Shown in pieces: positions 13,912 through 25,888 of a stretch of DNA of 64,000 bases. The position numbers and the translations under genes are program-made. The notes beneath the pieces were generated by a model. The model saw only the letters and a list, made by a program, of their open reading frames with translations. It was not told where the DNA came from and did not search any database. How positions within the stretch are numbered: the first letter of the stretch is position 1; every line of letters starts with the position of its first letter. The DNA is from Phoronis australis (taxonomy: Eukaryota > Animalia > Phoronida): positions 1,652,502-1,716,501 of the forward strand of contig NMRA01000022.1 in assembly GCA_002633005.1 (NCBI GenBank), given 5' to 3'.

Positions 13912-15005
13912 TTCGTAAACTAGGTCATCCGCCAGGTTCTATGCGTAAACTAGGTCATCGCTTATGCACCAGTTAGCGCTACACTCTCCGTGTGTCTACC
14001 GTGTAGAGAAGCACCGGGAAGGTTGTTCTACATTTTGCAGCCCAAAATTACCAAAGTTCAAATATATTCCGTTAAAAAGGAAAGACAAAACATATTATTA
14101 CAGATGTCTGGCCATTATCATGAGTCACCACTCCTAAGCAAATCAAAGCTGTCCTTACTCGTTGCCTAGTCGCACTGGCAGTTCGCAATGCAACAATACA
14201 ATTCTATAAATTCAATTTGTAATGACCCCTTTCAATTTTAAAACCATGCCCGAAGTATTCTGAAACAAGTTATTGTTAGGTACAACGAGGTTTTTTTCTC
14301 TGAAGTGGATCGTAAACACCTCAGGTGAGTTTTCCGCACATAGATACTTTGGTTTAGAGCTGAATTTTAGCTCCCATACTATGGGCCGGGCCAGTCAAGG
14401 GCCAATCCCTGTTGTACGCACTACTTAGAGCATAGGAATCAAAGTGTTAAAAGAAAATGTTTATTAGTATACTGGTGTGAATATTATCAGTGATTTAACC
14501 AAAAACTTCGAATTAACTAGACCCACTAATGATAGTCTATGATGATAAACTGATATCAAAAGGCCAAAATTGGAAATTTTCGGCCACCCCATGTTAAATA
14601 CAAAATTTTGTCTAATTTTCTTCAAACTCCTACATTTCAATCTTGATTATACTGACATTTGTTGGGTCTATCGGCAACTAACCGCACATGAAAGGCTTGG
14701 TCGAAAATTATCGTTTTCTCACATGCACTTTCGGGTTTTTAGCGGCGATTCCACTGATCGAAGCGACAAAATAAGCCAAAACTTTGGCCATACCATGATA
14801 AACATAAACTTTTTTCCAATTTTGCTAAAACTTGGCCACATTTTTAAAAAAATACTTATCTATGTTATGTACTATCGGCAAATGTGATTGATTCATAAAT
14901 AAGACCCTCACACTGTGTTTTCTGCAAATCCCATGTAACCTGAAGGGGGCTAACTGAGTGATTTTCGCGCATGCGCAGTTCACGGTTTCAATATTGCTGG
15001 TAATG

Positions 15006-15189
15006 CATACCAAACAATACTCATACCAAACAATACCCATACCTAACAATACCCATACCTAACAATACCCATACCAAACAATACCCATACCTAAAAATAC
15101 CCATACCAAACAATACCCATACCAAACAATACCCATACCAAACAATACCCGTACCTAACAATACCCATACCAAACAATACTCATCAAAC
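15006..15189. repeat. Second array of the same 16-bp minisatellite x ~11, same orientation
   Basis: CAATACCCATACC[A/T]AA units directly visible. Confidence 0.95.
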
Positions 15190-15329
15190 TTAAAAGTTGG
15201 CAACATGACTTGCCAACCCCTAACAGAAATTTCCTGGACCTCGCCCTCCAATACCTTTTTGTATCGGCTCAACCACAATTTGGGCAAGAGCATTTTTTTG
15301 TTTCTCAAGCCAAATTCACGCTTCATTCT

Positions 15330-15978
15330 CAGAGACTCCAACTCTCCCACTGTCAATGGGAGTTCTCCCGCTTTAGGGAGAATTCATAAAATTCTCCCTA
15401 CCTCCCGCCCACCTAAAAAAACTCCAGCCTTTATTGTTTATTAAAAATGTCTCTAGAAACCTCTAAGAAGGGCTTAGAATTTCAAAAACATATTTGAAGG
15501 ATGTCCCTGAACATTGATAGATTTGCTAGGTGCCTACGATACTCACATTCGCACCTTCACTAATAGCATACCAAGAACTGAATGATGACACTTGGCTTAC
15601 CTCAAAATCCAACTGCTGCCTGGGGGTTTGGTAATTGGTCCAATTATGTTGCACACCCAGCAGAATTAATGAGGAGCATAATGTGGCAAGATTATACAAA
15701 TTTAAGCTTTAGGTTGTCCGATTTTCAAAAAAATCTAATCACATGTACTTTCCACAACTATTCAAATATGCTATTTTAGAAACATGAAATTGAAAATTTA
15801 AGAATACTACCACCCCCAGTGTGTTTATGATGGTCTGATTATTTACAGAGTGCTAACACCAGCAGCCTCAACAGGTGAGGGTGTCGGCATAGGATTCTTT
15901 TCATGAAATTTACCCTTACTTAGGGATTTCACTGAGGGAGAATCTCCCTCTTTCACATTTTTGAAGTTGGAGCCTCTG
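15330..15978. mobile_element. MITE with 14-bp terminal inverted repeats (TIRs) and CAG termini, hAT-like
   Basis: CAGAGACTCCAACT (15330-15343) and AGTTGGAGCCTCTG (15965-15978), 13/14 match. No clean TSD. Confidence 0.55.
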
Positions 15979-17429
15979 CATTCATGAAAAAAAAAACTCT
16001 TTGCCCTCCAACTCCACGCTTATGGGCACGTCAATTTTTTCATAACCCTAGTATTATCATCGAGACGACATTTACTAATGAAAACCAAATGACATGCTTG
16101 TCAGATAAATAACAATTGGCCGACAAGCTTGCGATCAATGCGTTTGTCAGGTGAGAAGCAAAAAATCTGACTGCTTTGCAGATAAGCTGGGATCGTGATG
16201 ATGTTGGCTAATGAGAGTAGACATGACTGACATGTAAATAACAAAAATTATTTGGCCCACAAGCGAATAGATGCAATGATAAGACTTTTGGAATTTTGAT
16301 AACCTCAGAAATTTTGACTATCCTGACATGTGGAGTATTTCTGGCTTACACTGGTCATCCCTGAGATTCCCTTCGTCATCAGACAACTTTTATAATGCCT
16401 ATTCAGCATGCCCTTTGTGTTCAACCTAATGAAGCAGAAAAGTAATCTAGCACTACTTTCTCAACACCGAAATTGGTTTTCTCTAGTATTTGCTCAGAGT
16501 TAAAGCCTGAAATGTCCAAAGAACATCTTTGATTTGTATTTCAAATATTGCAAAATAACTAAACATGGCAACTAGGGTTCATCTTGACAAACGGCTACTT
16601 CCCAAATGACCGTTGACTTAAATATGTTCCATACCACTTTTCACCACTTTTATTTTTAATATTCCAGTCTACTTTGTTTTGTTTATTGCCTGATTGCTAT
16701 CTTTTGATTTTATTTTTAAGTTTGAAGCGCCAAAACAGCGGCAGATTTTGATCGGCAGTGAAACTCAGAAGTCAGCTCTCTCCCAACGACCTACCTTAAC
16801 CATTGCTTGAATTTTCTCATTGACTTTGAAGCTAGGCTTAGTCTTTACAACACGCGTTTCATCACCAGCTGATTACCATCATTTTCCACATTCTTGCGAA
16901 TATCACAATTTTCCGGTAGCATGTTACTCCTCAAATAAAATAGTTCCACATGACTGGGTGTTGAGCACTGACTTAAAAGCTATTGACATATAATTTGGTC
17001 ATTGTGTGCTGTTTTTATTTGACATAATGTAGATTAGTTATATTCTAAAAGAATAAACCATGTGATACTTTTAATTACGATCAGCGTTAATAAATCCTCC
17101 GAAAAAACCAATACGCATGGTCGTTTATGTTCAATCCGTAACCAATGTTTGTGATTCTTAGCTTATTAGTTCATCGTTTTTAAATATCAAAAACACTACT
17201 TCGTTACTTTTGACAGCTGAATACTACTGTAACGTTTACTTTTAACGAAAATTATTGGTTCAAATTCACCAGTATGTACAGACAATACTATAGTTCATGG
17301 CCGCTTAATTGGGTCTCCCTCATACCAGACAATGCAGTCATCACAACTGTGTTTGCACACTCTTTGAAACTGCTCAGAGCATAGGTGAAGAACCAGCGGT
17401 GAAAATTCCCGCATATCTTAGAAATGCGT

Positions 17430-17583
17430 GTTTTCCTTGTAAGCAAATTATTCATCACGAATAGGAGTGCTGGTTATTGGGTATGCCCCATAATCAAAAA
17501 AAAATACGTTTTCCTTGTAAGCAAATTATTCATCACGAATAGGAGCGCTGGTTATTGGGTATGCCCCATAATCAAAAAAAAAT
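17430..17583. repeat. 78-bp tandem duplication
   Basis: GTTTTCCTTGTAAGCAAATTATTCATCACG...CATAATCAAAAAAAAAT at 17430 and 17508, one internal substitution. Confidence 0.9.
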
Positions 17584-17754
17584 TTAAGAGCTACCAGTAA
17601 TTTACAAGGCATTATTTCAGTAGGTCCCACAAAGTCAACTTTAAATTTTTTTCTCTTTTTTCATCACGACTGGAACAAGCAGAAATCGGTTCATTAAAAA
17701 GTCCTGTGCGAGGGAAGTGCTACCATTGCAATCAGACACACGTATAAGAGCACC

Positions 17755-18718
17755 CTCGCTGGTTCCCTGCGTGTCCGCAAGGGGGAAGGGGTCACGCAAG
17801 TATCATTCAGCAGCATGCATTTTATCTCTGGTTGATGTAACCTCGGCAGTCATTGGTTAGCTTTAGAACAAAGAAAGACAATGACGACTGTGAACGATTT
17901 TTAGCCATGTCAACATCTTTGCAAACCAAGATTTCAATAACGTCAGAAAGATCAAGTACAATAATCTGTAACCTGAGCAGTTTATGAGCTTGACATTGGT
18001 AGCCAAATACGGCAATCTAGCTGCAATGCCAACAGGCTATGCCAAGTCATTGACAGTAGAAAAATGCATACCGAAAAGCAACTTGTTCGATTCTATAGCC
18101 CAACAACAAGTTGGGAAGTTTACCCCTGTAGCCAATATCTTACACGACAGATTAACTTCGTTCTGGCATTTATGGTTGCAGGGCCTGCGCTCGTTTGTTC
18201 GATAATTACTGTAATCTCCGATCAGATCGTATCTAGCCTGACTGGGCTGGGCTGATAAATATGAAAGTTAAGTTATAACATATCTGAGCTTAAACCAATA
18301 GCATTTCTGAATTCCTCGCCAAATGCTGATCATGTTCCGTTCTTGAATCACCAATATCGCCCAACTACAACAGAATTTAATTAGACAATCTAATCTGTCC
18401 AAATGGATTACCAATGCACTGGGTTTGACTGTGTTCCGAATAGGGTAATAGCGTGCAACCACCATACGTTTCCTTTGAAGCCTGGGAGATAACTGGCCTG
18501 CTTGTTATCATACGGGATAAAAGACTGAGCTGGGCAGTTAACAAAAGAGCCAGATATTATCGCACGTTCAGCACCCCTCACGTCTGGAAAAGTTACTGAA
18601 CGACAGAACGCTGTAATGTAATCAGCTAATCAGAAACGCTGGTTGAAAATTTTTCCCAAGAATTAAATGATACCTGCGTGTCCCCTTCCATCTAGCGGAC
18701 ACGCAGGGAACCAGCGAG
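17755..18718. mobile_element. Non-autonomous DNA transposon (MITE), ~53-bp TIRs
   Basis: CTCGCTGGTTCCCTGCGTGTCCGC (17755-17778) is perfectly inverted at 18695-18718 and extends imperfectly to ~53 bp. No coding capacity inside. Confidence 0.8.
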
Positions 18719-19053
18719 AAGTGCACCGGAAGTCACAACAAGACCTTGAAAACTCTTGAAATGGAGATCAATGGATTAAAAGTTAGTTAGCAGAAATCAG
18801 TCCAGTGACTCACTTTTTGATTTGTCATCAGAGTCATGAACATATGTTACTTCCAAAACAAATTATGGTTTTACAGCAGACTAGATCCTTGGGCCATGGG
18901 ACCTGGTCACTTGACTATTATAATCTTCTCCTCATACAGGAGCCCTAGTACTTTTCGACACATCTAACATTGTTAGAAAACTGCATATAACTTATAAGGG
19001 TAACACCAATGCAATGGGCTGTACTCTTTTTAAGGTTTCACCCGACCCTAGGT

Positions 19054-19792
19054 ATTACTTAGCCAGCCATCTACCTGTATGATAAGTATCGTCAAAATAC
19101 ATGAGTTAGACAGTGACCGCCATCTCCAGCTGGCCAGTAGACAACCAGAGACGGTGGTCACTGTCTACACGAGTCGGCCTAAATCATGTTGGAACATGTG
19201 TTAGAAGCGCTCTGTTAGTCTGTATCATAACAGCGGCAGCACCGCTGGGCCAATAAATTTCTGGGTTGAATTAAAACACTTAATCTAGGTATATTATTGC
19301 ACATTCATCGTCTCTTCAATGACAAACAACAACACCATAACCAATAACACTTATCGCTCACCTCTCGTAACGATAACCCAGGAATAAAGCGACCGCTTCG
19401 ACGGCATTAGGTTGAGTGAAAAACTACAAGGGTTTCCGTGATTGTGAGATTTGTAGAGCGCGCCTCCTTGTGCCAAGTTGTGGAAAACAAAAAAAATATG
19501 AAACGGCATCTTCGCGAACCTACGCTAAAATGCACCAAAAACTCCAGTTTCTTAAATAAAACAGTTATGTGACACTGATTAAAATCACTTGTTTGATGGT
19601 ATGTGTAATATAGATCTTCTAGTCTACACAAGTCACTGAAGCAGATTTATTCACTGGCAAAAGAACTTGGCCTTCATTTAAAAGATGGATAAACATCATC
19701 ATGACTAGCCTTGATACAAAGCAGTATATAAATATACAGCTGTATTTTGACGACAGTCTTCACTTGATACAGCCAGCTGGCTGGCTACATAA
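19054..19792. mobile_element. Putative non-autonomous element bounded by degenerate ~50-bp inverted repeats
   Basis: TAGCCAGCCATCTACCTGTAT...TCGTCAAAATACA (19059-19101) versus TGTATTTTGACGA...ATACAGCCAGCTGGCTGGCTA (19741-19787). A related end occurs at ~36708-36752. Confidence 0.45.
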
Positions 19793-20514
19793 TGACCAGC
19801 CCAGAGAAGGAATTAGGTTACCTAACTCCTGACATATGTTTTGAGTTTTCTTGTAAAACTGTATACATGAACTGTGACCATATTATAAATACTGATTTTA
19901 AGAAAAAATGTTTCAAAAATTCGTAAATTGGGATGAATTAACCACCCCTTTTAACATTACGAATCTGTACGGTGAGTTTGGCACCGTCTGCTGTAGGCCG
20001 TAGAACGGAGTGTAAAATGCGACCATGTAATGAACGCCGGATAAATGTGACATTACTGGATCCTTGAGATGGATGCGTAATAAAGTCTTAAAATGCGACT
20101 AGTTAGTGAGTTGCCAATTCCCGACACTCAATGAGTTAGCTCACCTCTCAGATCATGCCGAGCTAATGTCATAGGTGTGAGAAAGGGACTCGTAAAATAC
20201 ATTGTTAACGGATCGAGTTATGTGGCGGGATCGATTGACAACTGAAGCTTGTGCATCTAGCCCTTAAAAAAATACTCGGCCGGTGAAAGTACGTTTTTCT
20301 GAAAACATAAAGACTATAGAATTAGGCCTACTTTTTTCTGACGTGAATCAGGTGCTCCCCCAGTTCTCCTTTCTTCTCTTTTTCAAAATTTGAGAGGTAT
20401 CTGTAAGAATTTCTGACTCCCAGTGTGGACCAGACATATAGGGGCGATGGAGAGAGGGAGTGACGGGGGAAGTGGGGCTGAATGAGTCGGGGCGAGGGGG
20501 ACAGGGGTGAATTG

Positions 20515-21100
20515 TGTGTTATGTTATGTTAAAACCCTTGCCACCCCGGCCCGTGGTGGACAGGGCTTCTGTGACTCAGCGTCATCGAATCCATCGCCGT
20601 TTTGATCAGTGCGATTTGTGGCGGCAGAGGTTGTCTTTCTGAGAAGAGTTTTTACAGAGCAAGGGGTGTTGGCCTTGCAGCCAACTAGCCCAATTAACCT
20701 TGGGAAGGCAATTAAGATGGTTTTATATTCAGAGTTTTCCTTCTCCCAGACTTAGGCTACCAACCAAGGCTGACGGGTCCAGTCTACCCGGCATTTTGAC
20801 CCAGTAGCTAGGGATGGATTGGTGCCGGAGAGGCTGGGCGTATCTACACACCGGTGGGCCATGCTCACGTGCATCTCTGGGGTTCCATCCCGCTGCTTCG
20901 ACATCCCTTGCAGTTTATTCTGAGACTGTAAGGTGCTCAGCTACCAGGTTGTATCACGTGGAGGTAGACCTACTGCAAGAAACTTGGTTGGAGGCAACTA
21001 AATGCCAATCTAGGGAAGGGCTAATACGCGCTTGGCCTTCTTTTTCGCCCAAAGGTTACCATGTAGTCGACAGTTATAGCCGAAAGCGAGAAAGTTGAAA
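20515..21100 (-). mobile_element. RTE-clade LINE-related fragment (5' leader segment plus (TAACA)n tail)
   Basis: Minus strand has GGTAGACTGG...AGCCTTGGTTGGTAGCCTAAGTCTGGGAGAAGGAAAACTCTGAAT and GGCCAACACCCCTTGCTCTGTAAAA, which I recognise from RTE leaders. It ends in TAACATAACATAACAC. No reverse transcriptase ORF; right boundary approximate. Confidence 0.5.
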
Positions 21101-21647
21101 CAACTAATCTTTGCAGACTACTAAACTACACGCCTAACCCTGTGTTAGTAGCATCGCAACCAGGCGAATGGTGTGGGGGACTAAGAATAATTAGTCGAAC
21201 GGCTGGTTGACTACGTGGAGAGCACTGGCGAATTGGGTGGGAACGGAAAGAATGATGTGACAACTGCAGGGGAGGCCTGGATGGGTCACTGCGGGGAGCG
21301 GGGGATATTGGGTGGTGACAGCATTGAATGCTTGGGTTACACATTTTACCCGCCACGAAATGCATCTTATGAATCAGATACATGTTCATTTTTCTCTAAT
21401 GCAACTACCTACAAAAAGTTAGCCCTTACCCTGTGTCTTCAGTTGTTTTCCATTTTTCTGTTCCTTTCATCAGCTAAGTCTAAATGTCAAATATCACGGA
21501 AATGTAGCTTTAACTCGGTCAGTCGCAGTTTCGTTCTTCTACGCAGAAAATCAACATTAAAGAAACGAAAAATTTCTAAAACTATAGTGTCATGTTTACC
21601 CTACTACCCTACAGTAACAGCAATTCATTGTTGTTGCCAAATTTTCA

Positions 21648-21650
<3 letters not shown>

Positions 21651-21693
<43 letters not shown>

Positions 21694-21696
21694 ACA

Positions 21697-21748
<52 letters not shown>
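21651..21748. repeat. (TG)n immediately followed by (CA)n microsatellite
   Basis: About 20 TG units then about 28 CA units; an N follows at 21754. Confidence 0.95.
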
Positions 21749-21750
<2 letters not shown>

Positions 21751-22004
21751 CGCNTTTTAAGCGGCGAACGAAGGAGGAAGGTGTCTAATCGGATAAAAAC
21801 ATGAAACGACGAAGTTCACGACCAACTGAAGAAACATCTAAAGAAACTAGAATAAATTGAATAAAGGTTCCTCATTTTTCTATATCTTTCATCACTATCT
21901 GAAATGGATTAACAATAACACAGGTGACACGCATGACTTTCGCGTTATTTTCTACCAGCGCACATTAACGAACCTTTTAAGCGCCATTGATGAAATTGTG
22001 CACT

Positions 22005-22166
22005 GCGTTCAGTAATGCTAGGACCGCTACGCTAGTACCTAGCTAAAATCTAGTCAGAGCCACGTGTTCTGATTTAAAATACACGGCAATATCTCACGAC
22101 GTAGGCCCTAATCCCGCGAAGTCTTGCTTTTTGGCGAGGTCCTAGTGTTACTGAACGGGAGGCTGG
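22005..22166 (-). mobile_element. ~160-bp MITE, same family as 48553-48710
   Basis: TTCAGTAATGCTAGGACC ... GGTCCTAGTGTTACTGAA inverted ends. The reverse complement aligns by eye with 48553-48610. Confidence 0.7.
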
Positions 22167-22673
22167 TCACCATCTTCACTATTCTCTCAGGATTTTACAC
22201 GAATAACAACAACCACCTCAAACAAATGAATAGCAACTAGGCCACCGTAACACACTTTAATGCTGTTCTAACTTTACCGTAACACTCCGTAGTATTTATA
22301 ATCACCGGTCCAAATGCACACGCACACACATCTAAGTTTGTAAAAGCTCTTTCGTCATATTTGCCCGGCGCTTGATGGACTTCGTAACTATGGTGGTATG
22401 CTTTAGTAACTGTGCGCTGACACTAACATTAAGNGCCTCCAGAGAGTTATCCCAGATTCCACTTTGCAGTTAGGGTTTGCGATTGTATGATAGGCATAAT
22501 CCTGCCCTGGCCCTCAGTTGAAACTCAAAATCTTGCCTCCGCCCTTGTTGTGACCATAGACTATAATCTATGGTTGTGACATAGCATAGACACGGGCCGG
22601 TGAGATAGCCTGTTCAAGCGGCTTGTTTTGACGCATATATTCGCAAATCCAATAAATCAACCAAGGAAATTCT

Positions 22674-22677
22674 AAAA
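22674..22677 (-). terminator. RNA polymerase III terminator of the tRNA-Leu gene
   Basis: TTTT run on the minus strand starting 6 nt after the tRNA 3' end. Confidence 0.7.
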
Positions 22678-22682
22678 GGTCT

Positions 22683-22763
22683 TGGCAGCGGTGGGATTCG
22701 AACCCACGCCTCATAGAGACTGGTGCCTAAAACCAGCGCCTTAGACCGCTCGGCCACGCTACC
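22683..22763 (-). tRNA. trnL-UAG: tRNA-Leu (anticodon UAG)
   Basis: Reverse complement GGTAGCGTGGCCGAGCGGTCTAAGGCGCTGGTTTTAGGCACCAGTCTCTATGAGGCGTGGGTTCGAATCCCACCGCTGCCA. Intact acceptor, D, anticodon (CTGGT/ACCAG, loop TTTAGGC), long variable and T arms; A and B boxes present. Confidence 0.97.
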
Positions 22764-23819
22764 TATGTAAACCATGAGGTGCGAATATCGATAACCTTCA
22801 ATGGATAAGCATGTTCAACCAACCCTCCGGGAAATCGCGGCCAGCCGAAAGTTTCATCGGATAATCATAATCCTCTTGTAGAACTATAGATTACCAATTA
22901 CGTTCCATGTTTACTTCCATAACTAATTTTCTCTCATGAAGCGAACGCACATGTACGTACTGACTCACGCACTCACGTACGCATGCACGCGCGCATGCAT
23001 AAGAACAAATTCAGAGGTCGCTGGAGAAAAAAATTCTGTAAAGCCTAAAGAGCTGCTTCCATTAGTAGGTAATGCACATTGCGTCATATGTTTAAAAGCT
23101 GTTTTAAAATAGCTATAACAACAAAAAAGGAGATTTTTGCATTTGCCGAGCGCATGCAAACTGAATGCTTAACTGTATTTATTTGAAACGGACTGTGAAG
23201 CAACTGAACACAAACAAATAAAGGAGAGAGAATTACATTTTTGTACCAGTGACGGTGTTTCTGCCCAGAACCGCTGTAAACAGTGGCAATTTAACAACTC
23301 GAATGTCATGCAAAATTACAATTGTCTGCCCGCCTCCGCCGGTGGCAAAAATGTCGACTACACGCAGTATCTGCTTCAGCGTCACCCACGTGCAACAAGT
23401 GCAATCATCAGCCTGGAAATGCTCGAGTACTCAACGTTTATTGGATTCATAGAAAGGTTTGGTTGTGGACCAGAGAATTTATACCTGTTGAGTTATTTTT
23501 TAAAAGTGTGCCGAATGATTTTTTCTTTGAAAACACATGATTTTGATACGAACATATGGAAAAATCAAAACGCGCACTGGTTTGCGCAATAAACATATAC
23601 TGCACCACGCATTATTCATTACGCACTAAGAGAAATAAGTTTTAAGAAAGATGAAATACAGGTTTACTATTTTCCTTTTCAGTGTCCCTAAATATCGCAA
23701 GCACGGTAAATGTCAGATTTTTCGCGATTTTTGAGGCTACCATTGAATTGACCAGAATTCACGTTAACACGAATAGTTCAAAATTGTCATAGGAGACCAA
23801 AGAATAAATGACCCTTAGA

Positions 23820-24150
23820 AGCCCATGGGCGTTTATTTGGTGTTACAAGTTCTGGTGTCAAGTGTCCAGATAGTGAAAATTTCCTATTAAAAGCCCACTC
23901 AGCATCAACTTTTAGTCACAAATTCAGTTTTTCATTATAAAAACAAACAAAGTGTAGGTGAACTATGCATTTATTGACATAAAATTTTAAGTAAAGAGTG
24001 TAAAGGTTTGCAAACCTCTTAATCTAGCCTACGTGTATTCTCTTCATGCTGGCACTCTCGTAGCCAAAACCACGACTTTCGGTTTACATGCCCCCCCTTT
24101 TTCACTGTTACACTAAACGCCTATAAATTTCGGTTTCAGAATACGCGCCC
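23820..24150 (+). mobile_element. Dispersed repeat fragment, same family as 62718-63205
   Basis: GCCCATG.GCGTTTATTTGGTGTTACAA.TTCTGGTGTCAAGTGT.CAGATAGTG, TTAAAAGCCCACTCA and GAACTATGCATTTATT blocks are shared in the same order. Confidence 0.75.
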
Positions 24151-24879
24151 ATGCAGTGGCGGATCTACGTTTTCAGCAAGGGGGGGGGTTAGGATTCCCG
24201 CCAAGGTCGAATCCTAGGCGCGTGGCGCCGAGCGGGGGGAGGTCGGGAGGGGAAACTTTTTTGTTTTTGTAGCCAAATAGTGAAATTTCCATGCATCCTG
24301 GTAAATTTCTGGCACTTAACATGTCTCTGGAGTTTTTCTTAAGATAATTAAAAACCCTTCTCGATTTCGTCACATGAACTTGGCACATAAGTTTCGTGAA
24401 ACCATATTGTGCACATCTGGGTATGAGTTACCCCACCAGCAAAAATTTTTGTTGGAACATCTGCTTACACACACCTTTTTTAGCATACGAAAAGTCGTAT
24501 ACGAAAAAGTGTGGTGTGTATACAGGGGTTTAGACAATTTCCAAATATTCAAGAGCATAATTAAGGAGCACCGACAGGGCGTAAAAACTTGAATATCAGA
24601 TGATCGCGTAACAGCAGCCTCAAGTTGTTTAAGAACGAAGACCTGTACTGTTAGTCCGATAATAAACATGTGTTCTGTCTCGTTGCGAGAAAAACTGGCG
24701 AACGATGGTGCTCTCAACTCATAGTCTATTATTAAAACCGACAATAAATAATTAGGTATCACTTTATTAAGCTCAATCACGTTGGCAACAATTGAAAAAC
24801 GTCAAATCTATCAGGAAACAAATTATCTGAAAACAGTTTCACGAAACCAAAACATCCTGTGCACAGTGGTGAAAAGATA

Positions 24880-25151
24880 CACTGGACTAGTTTGCAGAGG
24901 GACCAGATGTACACTGAGAGTACATAAAAAGCTGACCTGGTCCGTCACGAGACCAAGAGTACACCTGTGCTTATTATCCCTATAAAAATAGTCGATCTGT
25001 CGCGGGACCAAACAGTACTGGCTGAGATAAATAGTTTTACAAAGCACACTTTGGTAAAAAAATCACAAGACTAGTTCGCCGAGGGACCAGAAGTACACTG
25101 AAACTCAACATCTACACAAATCAAGCTGGCCTGGTCCGTCGCGAGACCTAA
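24880..25151. repeat. Degenerate ~60-bp minisatellite running into the assembly gap
   Basis: Recurrent GACTAGTT.GC.GAGGGACCAGA.GTACACTG and CCTGGTCCGTC.CGAGACC units. Confidence 0.6.
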
Positions 25152-25888
25152 NNNNNNNNNNNNNNNNNNNNNNNNNNNNNNNNNNNNNNNNNNNNNNNNN
25201 NNNNNNNNNNNNNNNNNNNNNNNNNNNNNNNNNNNNNNNNNNNNNNNNNNNNNNNNNNNNNNNNNNNNNNNNNNNNNNNNNNNNNNNNNNNNNNNNNNNN
25301 NNNNNNNNNNNNNNNNNNNNNNNNNNNNNNNNNNNNNNNNNNNNNNNNNNNNNNNNNNNNNNNNNNNNNNNNNNNNNNNNNNNNNNNNNNNNNNNNNNNN
25401 NNNNNNNNNNNNNNNNNNNNNNNNNNNNNNNNNNNNNNNNNNNNNNNNNNNNNNNNNNNNNNNNNNNNNNNNNNNNNNNNNNNNNNNNNNNNNNNNNNNN
25501 NNNNNNNNNNNNNNNNNNNNNNNNNNNNNNNNNNNNNNNNNNNNNNNNNNNNNNNNNNNNNNNNNNNNNNNNNNNNNNNNNNNNNNNNNNNNNNNNNNNN
25601 NNNNNNNNNNNNNNNNNNNNNNNNNNNNNNNNNNNNNNNNNNNNNNNNNNNNNNNNNNNNNNNNNNNNNNNNNNNNNNNNNNNNNNNNNNNNNNNNNNNN
25701 NNNNNNNNNNNNNNNNNNNNNNNNNNNNNNNNNNNNNNNNNNNNNNNNNNNNNNNNNNNNNNNNNNNNNNNNNNNNNNNNNNNNNNNNNNNNNNNNNNNN
25801 NNNNNNNNNNNNNNNNNNNNNNNNNNNNNNNNNNNNNNNNNNNNNNNNNNNNNNNNNNNNNNNNNNNNNNNNNNNNNNNNNNNNNNNN
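25152..25888. other. Assembly gap (737 N)
   Basis: Run of N. Confidence 1.

Noticed and set aside
13522-13923. Repetitive ORFs on both strands (QYPYQAIPIP / GMGIAWYGYCLVWV), also 15021-15356
   Set aside because: Products of a stop-free 16-bp minisatellite read in several frames.
21215-21804. 181-aa and 70-aa ORFs with CVCV/THTH runs
   Set aside because: They run through dinucleotide microsatellites and an N; no recognisable domain.
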